Below are positions 37,552 through 49,439 of a DNA stretch of 64,000 bases, one piece after another; within the stretch, counting starts at the first letter, position 1; each line of letters begins with the position of its first letter. The position numbers and the translations under genes are program-made. The DNA is taken from the NCBI RefSeq assembly GCF_030028105.1, contig NC_092401.1, forward strand, positions 7,474,984-7,538,983, written 5' to 3'. The notes under the pieces were generated by a model that worked only from the letters and a program-made list of their open reading frames with translations, ran no database searches and had not been told where the DNA came from. This DNA comes from Mobula birostris (taxonomy: Eukaryota).

Positions 37552-37845
37552 CATACACCTCAATAGCAACGGAGTCCGTCTTTGGTAGAATGAAGGGATA
37601 ATCCTCAAAGTCTGCCGTACAGACGAATTCGGTCAGACCAGTCTCGTGTGGTATCCATGGTGTTGTTGCCCAGACAGTGAGGTGACCTGACACATTGGTA
37701 TCGGACTTCCATTCTGTACCATTCTCAGTCCACATTACTCTCACCTTCTCAGCAGGATAGACGTTTGGGATTTTACATGTTAACTTGACCTGCTGATTCA
37801 GTTCTACGGGGTCTCGGTTGAAGATCTTGGGAGGCTCTGGGAAAG
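37552..37845 (-). CDS. ICAM-family gene, exon 4 (Ig domain 3)
   Basis: Splicing yields YSFPEPP; LTC..NVYP...W...FVC Ig pattern. Acceptor TCTTGCAG|CT, donor TATG|GTAAAT, 294 nt, phase 1-1. Confidence 0.92.
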
Positions 37846-38479
37846 CTGCAAGACACATAAGAAATACACTGCTTATCATTCTGCTGTGGTGTCTTTCAGA
37901 TACTGACGGACACAGCTGGAAACAGGCCAGATCACACATCCTGGGAGCCCGTCATACCTAAACCACCACTGGAGAGACACATACTCTTCATTCATGAGAT
38001 TACTGATTTCCTAATTGGTCAGGACATGAAGGGATACAGGGAGAGGGCAGGAAATTGAGGCTGAGAGGGACAATGATGAAATGGTGGAGCAGACTCGTTG
38101 GGCCAAATGGTCTAATTCTGCTCCTGTATCTTACGGTCTTATTTTTTCCAAATATTCAGATTAAAATTCAGCCTTGTTCTTCAGCCCGGTGCACTCATTA
38201 ATGAACTTCAGGGTAAGTTTAACTTCTATCTGGCTTTAACATCCCTCTTGTGACTCGGTCTTCAGATTAACCGTGAAGGGTATAAGTTTATCAAGTTATC
38301 TTGGTATCCCTGTTTCAGAATCTACTCTTGACCAACACATCTATTAACTATCAAGGTGTACAGTTGCAGCCAGATGTGTTTCCATCAGACTCCCCTTTGG
38401 CGTTGGGAAGCATTCATCCTAAGAAGAACGGTACAAAGTCAAACCAACCATGTAGCCATTTATGTATAAAAGCTAATAA

Positions 38480-40325
38480 CCATATAACCATATAACAATT
38501 ACAGCATGGAAACAGGCCATCTCGGCCCTTCTAGTCCATGCCGAACTCTTACTCTCACTTAGTCCCACCGACCTGCACTCAGCCCATAACCCGCCATTCC
38601 TTTCCTGTCCATATAGCTGTCCAGTTTAACTTTAAACGACAACATCGAACCTGCCTCAACCACTTCTGCTGGAAGCTCATTCCACACGGCCACCACTCTC
38701 TGAGTAAAGAAGTTCCCCTTCATGTTACCCCTAAACTTTTGCCCTTTAACTCTCAACTCATGTCCTCTTGTTTGAATCTCTCCACTCTCAAAGGAAAAAC
38801 CCTATCCACGTCAACTCTATCTATCCCCCTCATAATTTTAAATACCTCTATCAAGTCCCCCCTCAACCTCCTATGTTCCAAAGAATAAAGACCCAACTTG
38901 CTCAACCTTTCTCTGTAACTTAGGTGATGAAACCTTGGTAACATTCTTGTAAACCTTCTCTGTACTCTCTCTATTATGTTAACATCTTTCCTATAATTCG
39001 GTGACCAAAACTGTACACAATACTCCAAATTTGGCCTCACTAATGCCTTGTACAATTTCAACATTACATCCCAACTCCTATACTCAATGCTCTGATTTAT
39101 AAAGGCCAGCATACCAAAAGCTTCCTTCACCACCCTATCCACATGAGATTCCACCTTCAGGGAACTATGTACCATTATTCTTAAATCCCTCTGTTCTACT
39201 GCACTCTTCAATGCCCTACTATTTACCATGTATGTCCTATTTTGATTAGTTCTACCAAAGTGTAGCACCTCACATTTTCAGCATTAAACTCCATCTGTCA
39301 CCTCTCAGCCCACTCTTCTAACTGGCCTAAATCTCTGCAAGCTTTGAAAACCTACTTCATTATCCACAACTCCACCTATCTTAGTATCATCTGCATACTT
39401 ACTCATCCAATTTACCACCCCATCATCCAGATCATTAATGTATATGACAAATAACACTGGACCCAGTACAGATCCCTGAGACACACCACTAGTCACCGGC
39501 CTCCAATCTGACAAACAGTTATCCACCACCACTCTCTGGCGTCTCCCATCCAGCCACTGCTGAATCCATTTTACTACTTCAATATTAATACCTAACGATT
39601 GAACCTTCCTAACCAACCTTCCATGTGGGACCTTGTCAAAGGCCTTACTGACAACATCCACCGCTTTACCCTCGTCAACATTCCTAGTAACCTCTTCAAA
39701 AAAATTAATAAGATTTTTTTAACATGACCTTCTACGCACAAATCCATGTTGACTGTTCCTAATCAGACCCCGTCTATCCAGATAATTATTTATACTATCT
39801 CTAAGAATACTTTCCATCAATTTACCCACCACTGACGTCAAACTCACAGGCTGATAATTGCTAGGTTTACTCTTAGAACCCTTTTTAAACAATGGAAAAC
39901 ATGAGCAATACGCTAATCCTCCGGCACCATCCCTGTTTCTAATGATATTTGAAATATTTCTGTCAGAGCCCCTGCTATTTCCACACTAACTTCCCTCAAT
40001 GTCCTAGGGAATATCCTGTCAGGACCCGGAGACTTATTCACTTTTATATTCCTTAAAAGCTCCAGTACTACTTCTTCTTTAATCATCATAGTTTCCATAA
40101 CTTCTCTACCTGTTTCCCTTATCTTACACAATTCAATATCCTTCTCCTTAGTGAATACCGAAGAAAGGAAATTGTTAAGAATCTCCCCCATCTCTTTTGG
40201 CTCCACACATAGCTGTCCACTCTGATTCTCTAAGGAACCAATTTTATCCCTCACTATCCTTTTGCTATTTATATAACAGTAGAAACCCTTTGGATTTATT
40301 TTGACCTTACTTGCCAAAGCAACCT
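38480..40325 (-). mobile_element. 5'-truncated CR1 LINE
   Basis: [39 protein letters not shown]; (TATGGTTA)n-type tail. Confidence 0.9.
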
Positions 40326-40329
40326 GCTA

Positions 40330-40735
40330 ATGCTGCATGATTGCAGAAATCAAGGATTTTGTGCTTCTTCTCTTGTATATGCGAGAACTAGGCCTCAAGC
40401 CACGGTCTCACCTGCTTACAACCACAAGGCGAGAGGCGTTGAAGCCAGTATGATCCACCAGGGGTGGTGTGGTGAGGCCCCTAGGCTGGAGTCAGTGCTG
40501 ACCCGTAGCGTTCACTTGGCAGAAGACAAGCTCCATTGTGGTCAACTACAAATCTCTGCAGCTTCAGTCTAGACTCTTTTATTGCGTGGCTGTGTCTTAC
40601 CTTTATGTGCTTGCTATCGTGTACATGCTATGTGTGCTTTGTGCTGTGTGACTGTCGGTGCTGTGTTCAGCAACTTCGCTGTCTCATTTGGCTGTATTCA
40701 TGTATGGTTCAATGACAATTAAACTTGAATTTAAT
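40330..40735 (+). mobile_element. Rex/Babar-derived short non-autonomous element
   Basis: Remnant of the ORF start (VRSL..KL) joined to a Rex-type 3' UTR ending ACAATTAAACTTGAAT. Confidence 0.45.
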
Positions 40736-41059
40736 TAAGGATGGGAAAATCTATCCATTCTATAAATGGATTCTGTCTCACATTGCACTGTCTTTACCTT
40801 GCCTGAAATATCATTCTAGGAAATAGATCATTTAACGTCCTCTCTTCTAGAAACAACATACATATGATAGCTATTTGTCTATTCACAAGAGTGATACGCC
40901 CTGGAAAACAATTTGTTTAGCCAAAGTTTGTAATGGAAAAAGGCAGATGAATTGCATTCTGGCATGATGTATTCCTATGCACAAAGAGTGGGATGATCTT
41001 ATGGTGGCAAAATAATTAGTGACTTCCATTTATTTCTACACTTAGTGGCTACCTCTTTA

Positions 41060-41515
41060 GGTGTTGGGGGCCAGCCAATCATCTGGCAGCAACTCAATGC
41101 ATAAAAGCATGCCACCATGGTCAAGAGGTTCATTTGTTATTCAGACCAAACATCAGAATGGGGAAGAAATGTGATCTAAGTGACTTTGACTGTGGAGTGA
41201 TTGTTGGTGCCAGACAGGGTGGTTTGAGTATCTCAGAACCTACTGATCTCCCAAGGTTTTCACGCACCAGCAGTCTCTAGACTTTACAGTGAACGGTGTG
41301 AAAAACAAAAAAATACACATCCAGCGAGAGGCCATTCTGTGGGCGAAAATGCCTTGTTAATGAGAGAAGCCGGAGGAGAATGGCCGGATTGATTCAAGCT
41401 GACAGGAAGGTGACAGTAACTCATATCGCCACAGATTACAACAGTGGTTTGCAGACAAGCTTCTCTGAACACACAGAGATACCTCCTTTACATAACAAAG
41501 AGACCATTGAGTGTA
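41060..41515 (+). mobile_element. Non-autonomous Tc1 derivative, copy 2
   Basis: ATGGGGAAGAAATGTGATCTAAGTGACTTTGAC; similar to 22290-22843. Confidence 0.75.
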
Positions 41516-41991
41516 TAAGTGAACCATGTATCTGTTTGGTTTCATTGTATTCTGTATCACTTTTGTCATCTGGTGAGCTGTGTCCTTGGTTCTCCCACTT
41601 CTCCCCCAACTGGCCTCACGTATCTCTTCGGTAAGTTCACCTTCGTTGCAATCTTCAGGAGATCTCTTTTCATCCCATAAATCTTAGGCAACAGTTACCA
41701 AAGTGAGATCCCCAAGAGAACAAGCCTAGCTTGTGCTGATTGTGCTGGACACTCACGTGCTGCCCTGACTGGCATACGTGGCGGTAAATATTATGCTCAT
41801 TATTTTGGGATAGCACAGAGCACACCAAGACGCCAGCATGCAGGACACTTAACCCAACTTTATTGGTAACCCTTTGCTTGCACAGTATGTGAACTCCTCC
41901 CACATGGGAGTGGCTGACTGAGTGGCAGAGGAATAATGTTATTAGCTACCACTACATCACCCCACCTTGAAAAAACACTCAGTATGTACAT

Positions 41992-42223
41992 GAAATACAC
42001 AATAAATGCCGGGGGAACTCAGCAAGCCCGGCAGCACCTAGGAAAAGAGTACAGTTGTCACTTCAGGCCAAAACCCTTTGGTAGGACTGTCCTGCTGAAG
42101 GGTTTCGGGCCCCAAAACGTTGACTCTACTCTTTTCCTAGATGCTGCCTGGCCTGCTGAGTTCCTCCAGCATTTTGTGTGTGTTGCTCAAATTTCCGGCA
42201 CCTGCAGGTTCTCTCTTGTTTGT
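41992..42223. mobile_element. Penelope-terminus fold-back (palindromic) insertion
   Basis: About 90-bp inverted arms centred at 42088; 14-bp TSD CTCAGTATG(T/C)ACAT (41978-41991, 42224-42237). Confidence 0.85.
42052..42126. ncRNA. Head-to-head pair of degenerate hammerhead motifs
   Basis: Minus 42089-42052: CAGTC-CTACCAA-AGGGTTTTGGCCT-GAAGTGAC-AACTG. Plus 42087-42126: CTGTC-CTGCTGA-AGGGTTTCGGGCCCC-AAAACGTT-GACTC. Dyad centre AGGAC-T-GTCCT at 42088. Confidence 0.6.
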
Positions 42224-43483
42224 CTCAGTATGCACATCTTGTCTGTAGAACTGCATTGAAATTATAGTCGCTGCAATTAAGCAATTCAGCTCACATTACC
42301 CATAATATGTAACTTATACTCCCTACATAAACACAAGGAAACAGAATTGCCAACATCAGAATTCTCTCTCTCTCTCTTCCTCCTTTTTTTCACCAATTCC
42401 TTTTCTTAAGAATGGTCTCATTTTGTGAAATGTTTTCAACATTGGAGCTCTTAAAAAAAAACACTAAATTTTATGGAGCTCTGGGTGGACTACCTGTACA
42501 CTCCAGCAAAGTGAAAGGATTATTCTGCCTCTTTAGTCACTTGCCCCAAGCTATTAGGCTATGGAGTCGATCTCTGTGGTGGGACAGATAAACAACCCAA
42601 TCTGGAATAGGCTCCTGGAAGCGTTGGAGCGGATTGAGATTCTTAAACAGGTGCGCCACCTAAGGTAAGTGGTCTTTGTCATAAGAATCAAGCCACTCTA
42701 TTCCTTTCTCTGCCTTTCATGAGTGTTGAAGGCACACGAGAACATGCCTATTCCAACTGATTTCACCTCATAGGAACATAGAAAATAGGTGCAGGAGTAG
42801 GCCATTCACCCCATCGAGCCTGCACTGCCATTCAGTATGATCACGGCTGATCATCCAACTCAGAACCCTGTACCTGCCTTCTCTCCGTACCCCCTGATCC
42901 CTTTAGCCACAAGGGCCTCATGATGTTCTGATCACAAATATTTGTGGTTCATGCTGCCGGACGATTGTTCCTTTGGTGAATTGGTCTGAAACCCAAACAG
43001 CTTCACCACTCCTGAGCGACGGCAGAGGTTTTGCCCTGTATCTGAGAACGTGCATGCTCTTCATTTTCTCACGCTGTGTTGTCTCACGGTTTCTCACTTT
43101 GTCTAAGTCCAGTAAGTGAGATTGAAGGAAAAACTGGCAGGCCTGTTCTCAGTCTCCAGCCCATTGACAGCTCTGATGGACTGCAGCCATTCACAATAGA
43201 TGTGGAGTGATACTCTAGAAGTGCTTTGTAGGGGTCTTTTTCCTTCAGTATGAGACTCCTAACAGTTTGCTCTGCTCTTTCAACTTCTCTATTTGCTTGC
43301 GGGTACCGTGTCTGGTGTTAGAACTCATAGTCCCGAGCAAAGGCTTTGAATCCTGAGCAGCTGAATTCTGGACCATTGTCTGATGTATGTGCCTCTGGTC
43401 TTCCATGGCAACGAATTAGCTTTTAGGTGCTTTATAACTGCTGCTGAGGATGTGGAGGATTGCTTGGATACCTCAAAGACACT

Positions 43484-44138
43484 GAGGAGGGAGGAGAAGA
43501 TGGTGGCACGACGCAGCGCGCGTGGCCCTTCCAAATGATATCATATGTGTTAACTAGGGGGCCGTGCACAATCAGGATTTGATGGAGACAGACGTGAGAA
43601 GCACAGAGGAACACCTGGAGAAACTTCTGAAATGCCCGCTTCGCTGCCGCTGCTACTGTGCGATCGTGGATCTCTGGAGACAAAGGCCCCAAATCCTCGG
43701 CTTTGCCTATCGCCTGTTGCCAGGGCCGGTGTCGAAGCGCTCGGCAGAGATGGTGCTTGGTGCTCGGTGTCGGAGAGCTGGTCGGAGGCTCGGAGTTTTC
43801 GGACGGACTCGGAGTCGGACTGTGGTCGGATGCTTCCAGGATGCTGCATCGGCAAGTTTGCGGCGCTGGAGTTTCACCGTCTGCGTGAGATGATGGGACT
43901 TTCGAGAGACTTTGAGACTTTTTACTGTGCCCATGGTCGGTTCTTATCAAATTACGGTATTGCTTTGCACTGTTGTAACTATATGTAATAATTATGTGGT
44001 TTTTGTCAGTTTTTCAGTCGGTTTGTCATGTGTTTCTGTGATATCATTCTGGAGAAACATTGTATCATTTAGTAATGCATGCATTACTAAATGACAATAA
44101 AAGAGGACTGCGTGTCCTCATAATCTAATCTAATCTAA
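43484..44138 (+). mobile_element. Non-autonomous retroposon family X, copy 3
   Basis: Starts GGAGGAGAAGATGG; ends GAGGACTGCGTGTCCTC followed by a (TAATC)3 tail. Confidence 0.75.
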
Positions 44139-46627
44139 CATTCCATGAGTAGTAATCCACAGTGGGATTTACAGGAAGATGTAGTTTCCTGTTTGGCACT
44201 GGTGCCTGTCCCACCTCTAAAGGTGCCCTTAGGACAGCTGCAGGGTCATCAGCCAGGGCTCACCACTCACTGATGTTCCACTTCCTTGGCCCCGGGACAC
44301 CTCCTGGTGGCGGAACAGTGCCAGGGATGTCACCCGGACACCTCCTGCAGCTACCAATGGGGTTAGTCAGTCCGCCATTTTCTGCCCTTCCTCCTCAGCC
44401 ACGGCCAAAAGCTGTCCCTTTTCTGTCTCTTCAGAAGATACTTGTCTCCTCTCAGCTCGGAAACGTCTGTGCCTGCAATTTGCCATGGAAAGTTTGGGAG
44501 TTCTGTGGGACAGGGAGGTTCAGCATGATTTTTGTACGGTTTTCTGCATGCTTCAAATTGCTTTACAAAATTTCCCTGCTGTGAGCTCAGACTAGGCCAC
44601 GGCATAGATTGCCTTGCTCTTAGGGGACATTTTTCGATGTCTTGATGTCCTTGGTGGATTTGACTGCTGAGCTTGGTGTGCACAGAAGCAGGAATGACGA
44701 ATCTAGAGCCCTGTTGCAGCAAGCCATCAAGGATGGTGAGTGTGTCTCTTTCAAGCCAGTAAGGTCTGAGTTTGTGAGCTCCTTTTGGAACAGCTGGGAA
44801 TCCATACTGACAGTATTACCTGATGTTGATGTGGATTTTGTCCTTTTTTAACTCAGCATGAATTTCATTCAGTTTACTCTGTGCTGCAGGAAGGCTTTCA
44901 GTTACCTGAGCTAAGTGGATGGTTGGTATCTTCCATGAGGCAGAGTCAGTTTCCATCACTTTCGCGTGGCATCCTTGATGGAGTGTGTGGTGCTGTGAAA
45001 GATTTGCTGGGGACATGTTCAATGTCATAACAGAGTTGCATAAACTACATTCTGAATCTTTGCAGATGTGGAGGTAAGTTATCCAAGTGTTTTGAACTCA
45101 GGATGCTGACAAGAGGTTTGTGGTCTATTTCAAATTGGAATTTAGTGTCTATCAGGTAGCAGCTGATGCATTCACAAGCCCACACAAGAGACAGTGTCTC
45201 CTTTTTGATTTGGGAATAATACTGTTCAGTAGAAGTTCTTGATGCATATGCCTCCAGTTTCCATACACCACTGCAGTATATCAATATCGTTACTTGATGG
45301 TCTTCCGAAGCCTGAGTGAAATTGCTTGCAACTCTAAATCTCTGAAAGCATGTGAAATATCTCTCAAAGTCCTCCAGTTTAGAGAAATCAGATATCTCGG
45401 GGGGGGGGGGGGTTATTAGGTAAATAGCTGTAGGTAATAGAGCTACTTGCTTCATTTGCTTGTTTGCTTGTTTATTTATTGTTTTATTTATTTGGACTAC
45501 AAAAATCTTCTTTTCTCTCCCTGAGGGTTGGACTAACTTCTGTGACTTCTCTGCTGTGTCTCTGTGCACTTCCCCAGGCTAGTGGAGGCTCTGCACTTCC
45601 CCAGACTATTACAATGTATCCACCTTTGAGTGTAGCTTGAAGGTGTTGCCTAGAAACCCTGGCTCTTTCTCAACTCATTTAGCAGCTAGCAAAGACAGCT
45701 TAGGTGAAGTCTCTGGACATTTTTTCAAAGATGTGAACAACAACAGCTTTACTGTAAATTCTTTCTTTCTCACTTGCTCTTAGCACCAACTTATCGACGT
45801 TCAACCACTTCTGACAACATGTTGTATTTGTTATTAAGAGATAGTGCAGAGCACATCAGGCCGCAAGCATGTAGGATATCAACCGAATGTTATTGATAAC
45901 CCTCTGCTTGTGGACTATGTGAACTCTTCCCATGTGGGACTGGCTGACTGAGTGGCAGAGGAGTAACACTATTAACTACCACACACCAGTAAAGGCAAAT
46001 CCACAGGCTCAGTGGCTGAAGTCTGCCTGTTGTCCAATTGATAAACTCACCACTGTACAGAATGTCTCCAAAGTTATAACAGACGAACAAGGCCTTGCAA
46101 ATTAAATTAAATTATGTTTTCTGGAGACCCCTGCATACAGCTGCTTGGCCTACAGAAATTCGATCAAGTTTCGTACAGTAACCATGGAAAGCTGCCTTCA
46201 GCTCCCTTAACTATCTGACTTTACCAAGCTTTCTCACATCCGTCATGATGTTAGATGGTCTTCCCTCCGTGAGGATCTGCTTTAGGTTTCTTCCCTCTGC
46301 AGTGACTGAGGAATCAGGCCAGGGCCTGAGCTACCATTTTGGACCCAAATGTCCATAAATAGCAAGTTGATGCCAAGACTTTGGCAATTTTTTTTTAAAG
46401 ATTCTCTGGCTGTTATAAAATGTGCAGGCAATTTATTGTCACACTTTGGACAAGTGAACATTTTTGATGGTGTCCAAGATATTTAACTGACAGATTTCAT
46501 AAAGTAGATTAAATAGGAGCAACAAAAAATAGTCACAGGTTTCTTTCTCAGTATTAACTATCAATAAAGTATTTAAGTTTTATCTATCGTCAGAAGGAGG
46601 AGAAAACATCTTTAATGAAGAACTCAC

Positions 46628-46939
46628 AGTAAGTCTGCAGAATCAGAGAGGCGTTTGTGATGGGTTTTGTGGTGTTAGAGTCCAAGACCACCTCTGCCAA
46701 GCAAGTGTACATCAGTCCATTGTCCGAAGTAGTTGCTCTGAAATTCAGGACATTCCTCAATGGACCATCTTCCGGGAAACCTGGCTCCTCTGTGGAAATA
46801 TGTTTCACAACCTCATTCCCTCTGAGCCAGGTGAGTATGAGTTTGTTCTTTGGATAGACCTTCGGGCCAGTACACTCCAGCTGATATGGTTTCTTAACTT
46901 CCAGCAGTTCAGGAAGTGGAACAATGCTTAAGTTTCGAT
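46628..46939 (-). CDS. ICAM-family gene, exon 3 (Ig domain 2)
   Basis: LEC...VYP..KL.LTWLRG...DNG..YTC.AEV pattern resembles ICAM D2. Acceptor TTGACAG|AT, donor TACT|GTGAGT, 312 nt, phase 1-1. Confidence 0.93.
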
Positions 46940-47475
46940 CTGTCAAAGGAGAATCAAGGATTACAGTAATCATTGGAACAGTCTGTATCCCAACTACAAA
47001 TATGAATTTTTCTACCCTGTGACATCCCCAGTTTGAAGAATCTCTTCAAGCCACAGCAAATGAATAATCTTCATCTATCGCAGTAACTGTGAAACCCAGC
47101 TATGAATATCCATTACCTAACTGGATCCTAACACTCCCCCATAGATCAGTGTGTTACGTATCAAAGCATTGGAGTGTGAAATATCAGCACATTCTTAACC
47201 TGAGAACAAATTTGTCCACTCTCAAACGTTCCTTTCTCCATTTCTGTAGAATTGTCTCTGTTAAATATCAATATCTGAACTCATCTCAGACTGTGAACTC
47301 ATTGTGGGGGAGTGAAGTGTAAATCTATTTCCCAGCAGGCTGTTCACTACCTCACCTGATACACGACAGCATCTTTCTGTGTAACGTTTTCAAGTGAAAC
47401 GTAATTTTATTTTGCTGTCTTTCATCCTGTTATACTCTGCTATGGGATATGTTCAGAACAAGAGAAGTCACTTAC

Positions 47476-47748
47476 TGTACACTGGAACCACCTGTTTGTC
47501 CTCCTTCACTGTATTTTGACATTTTACAGTACAGGGTGCTGTGTAATCCCATTTCTGGACACTCAGAAATCGGTCTGTAATCCACTTATCACCCCCAGTT
47601 CTGTTGGGATTTATCCCTGGTTTATATTCCACACTTATCATCGATGCGTTGTCACACGTTGTACTGCAGGTCACCTCCAGAGAGTGTCCAAATTCCACCG
47701 CTGGGGGGTTTGTTTTGACCGAAACCTTAAATCCATTCAGTTTATCTG
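47476..47748 (-). CDS. ICAM-family gene, exon 2 (Ig domain 1)
   Basis: Two CxxxC motifs (CSTTC, CTVKC) typical of ICAM/VCAM/MAdCAM domain 1. Acceptor TAG|CAG (NAGNAG, alternative start 47745), donor TACA|GTAAGT, 273 nt, phase 1-1. Confidence 0.93.
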
Positions 47749-48314
47749 CTAGAGACACACAGGGAAATGGAAAACATTCAGTGTTTCGATCTCTGTACCT
47801 AACGATGGATGTACTTTCCATTGACGCAGTAAAGAGGAGATTCACCAGACTGAATTCTGATATCGCAGACTTTCAGAAGAGATTAAGTTGACTGACCTTT
47901 GCTTACTAGAATTGGAGAAGATCAAACTGAAATGCACAAAAATGTCAACATATTTTGACAAGTTGAAACAGGATTGATGTTTGCTCTGGTTCGGAATTCT
48001 AAAAGGTGTTAGGAGATTCAGGATACAAGATGGAGATATTGGGAATATCTTCAACACAGGGCTATGGAGGTCAAGGTAATAAATCTATTTAAGGAGGGAT
48101 AGACAGATAACACTATGTTCATCTGGGGATATGGGAAAGAAATAGGGTACTGATTTGATGGAGTTGGCTGCCCGCACCCAGCCCTGTCAACTTACATATA
48201 AATCCAACATTTCAATTTTTACTCAGTGTAATTATAGTTCTTCCATATTTCAAACAAAACAGAATATTTTCAGTCAGAATGACACTATATTAAAAAAAAG
48301 TGATTGTCATTTGA

Positions 48315-48860
48315 CTATAGAGTCATGGGGTCATGGAAAAGTACAGCATCTCAGTCCCTCTATGCCAAACCATCTTAATTGCCTACTCCCATCAACCTAC
48401 ACCGGGACCAAAGCACTGCATACCCCTCCTATCAAGTACCCATGGAAACTTTGCTTGAACATTGAAATTGAGCTCTCATGCACCAGTTGTGCTGGCAACT
48501 TGTTCCACACTCTCATGACCCTCCGAGTGAAGAGGTTTCCCCTCACGTCCCCCTTAAACATTTCACTTTTCACCCTTAACCATGACCTCCGGTTGTAGTC
48601 CCAACCAACCTGAGTGGAAAAAGCCTGCTTGCATTTACCCTACCTATACCCCTCATGATTTTGTATATCTCTATCAAATCTCCTCCCAGTCTTCTATGTT
48701 CTAAGGAATAAAGTCCTAACCTATTTAATCTTTCCTTATGACTCCGGTCCCCCAAACCCAGGAACATCCTTGTAAATTTCCTCTGCATTCTTTCAAAATT
48801 ATTTACATCTTTCCTGTAGGCAAAGTGAACAAAACTGCACAGAATACTTCAAATTTGGCT
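48315..48860 (-). mobile_element. CR1 3' fragments
   Basis: QRKFTRM..GL, RRLGGDLIEIYKIMRG. Confidence 0.75.
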
Positions 48861-49439
48861 TTACCAATGTCTTATACAGCTTTGATAGAACATCCTTTCT
48901 CCTGTACTCAATACAACTGTGGTGATTTTATTTTTGAGGAGAAGACATACAAATTAATAGAGGAAACCATCTGAAGGAATATTGACTGAACAATCAAAAA
49001 AGCTCACAACACTGCTTCTGTAGAGACTGCAGACAGAGGCACATTCTTGTACAATATAGAGCTGTACAGAACAGGAAGCGGCCCTTCAACCCATTGTGTC
49101 TGTACTATACTTCTCGCTGCCTCAGTAAAGCAGCCAACATAAACAAAGATCCATTGACTATAGACACTTGTTTGCTTCTGCTCTCCCAATGGGCATGTTA
49201 TGCTTGGTAACTCCAGAAACTAATTGAGTAAAGTTCGTGGGAGCCGGGATATTTGTCTACCAAGTTTTCCTTTTCCTTTCATGAGGCACTCACATATGTT
49301 AGGACGTGTGCCATTCACAAACGTCTTACATGTAACCCAGAATGAATTATGTAAACAAACAAAGAATGCCTCATCAAATAATACATTAGCTATATACAGT
49401 TACTGCTACATTTACAATATTGTAAGTTTTCTTGTTGTA

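Larger units (their letters stand above)
41789..45985 (-). mobile_element. Internally deleted Gypsy element with about 166-bp LTRs
   Basis: LTRs 45820-45985 and about 41789-41956; PBS-like TGTTGTCAGAAGTGG; PPT AAGGTGGGGTGA; gag (PPE.SDFSK..RFRVAS) joined directly to RNase H (AYASR..Y.QI.KE.L..VWACE...D.KPL) and the IN zinc-binding region; no RT seen. Confidence 0.75.
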
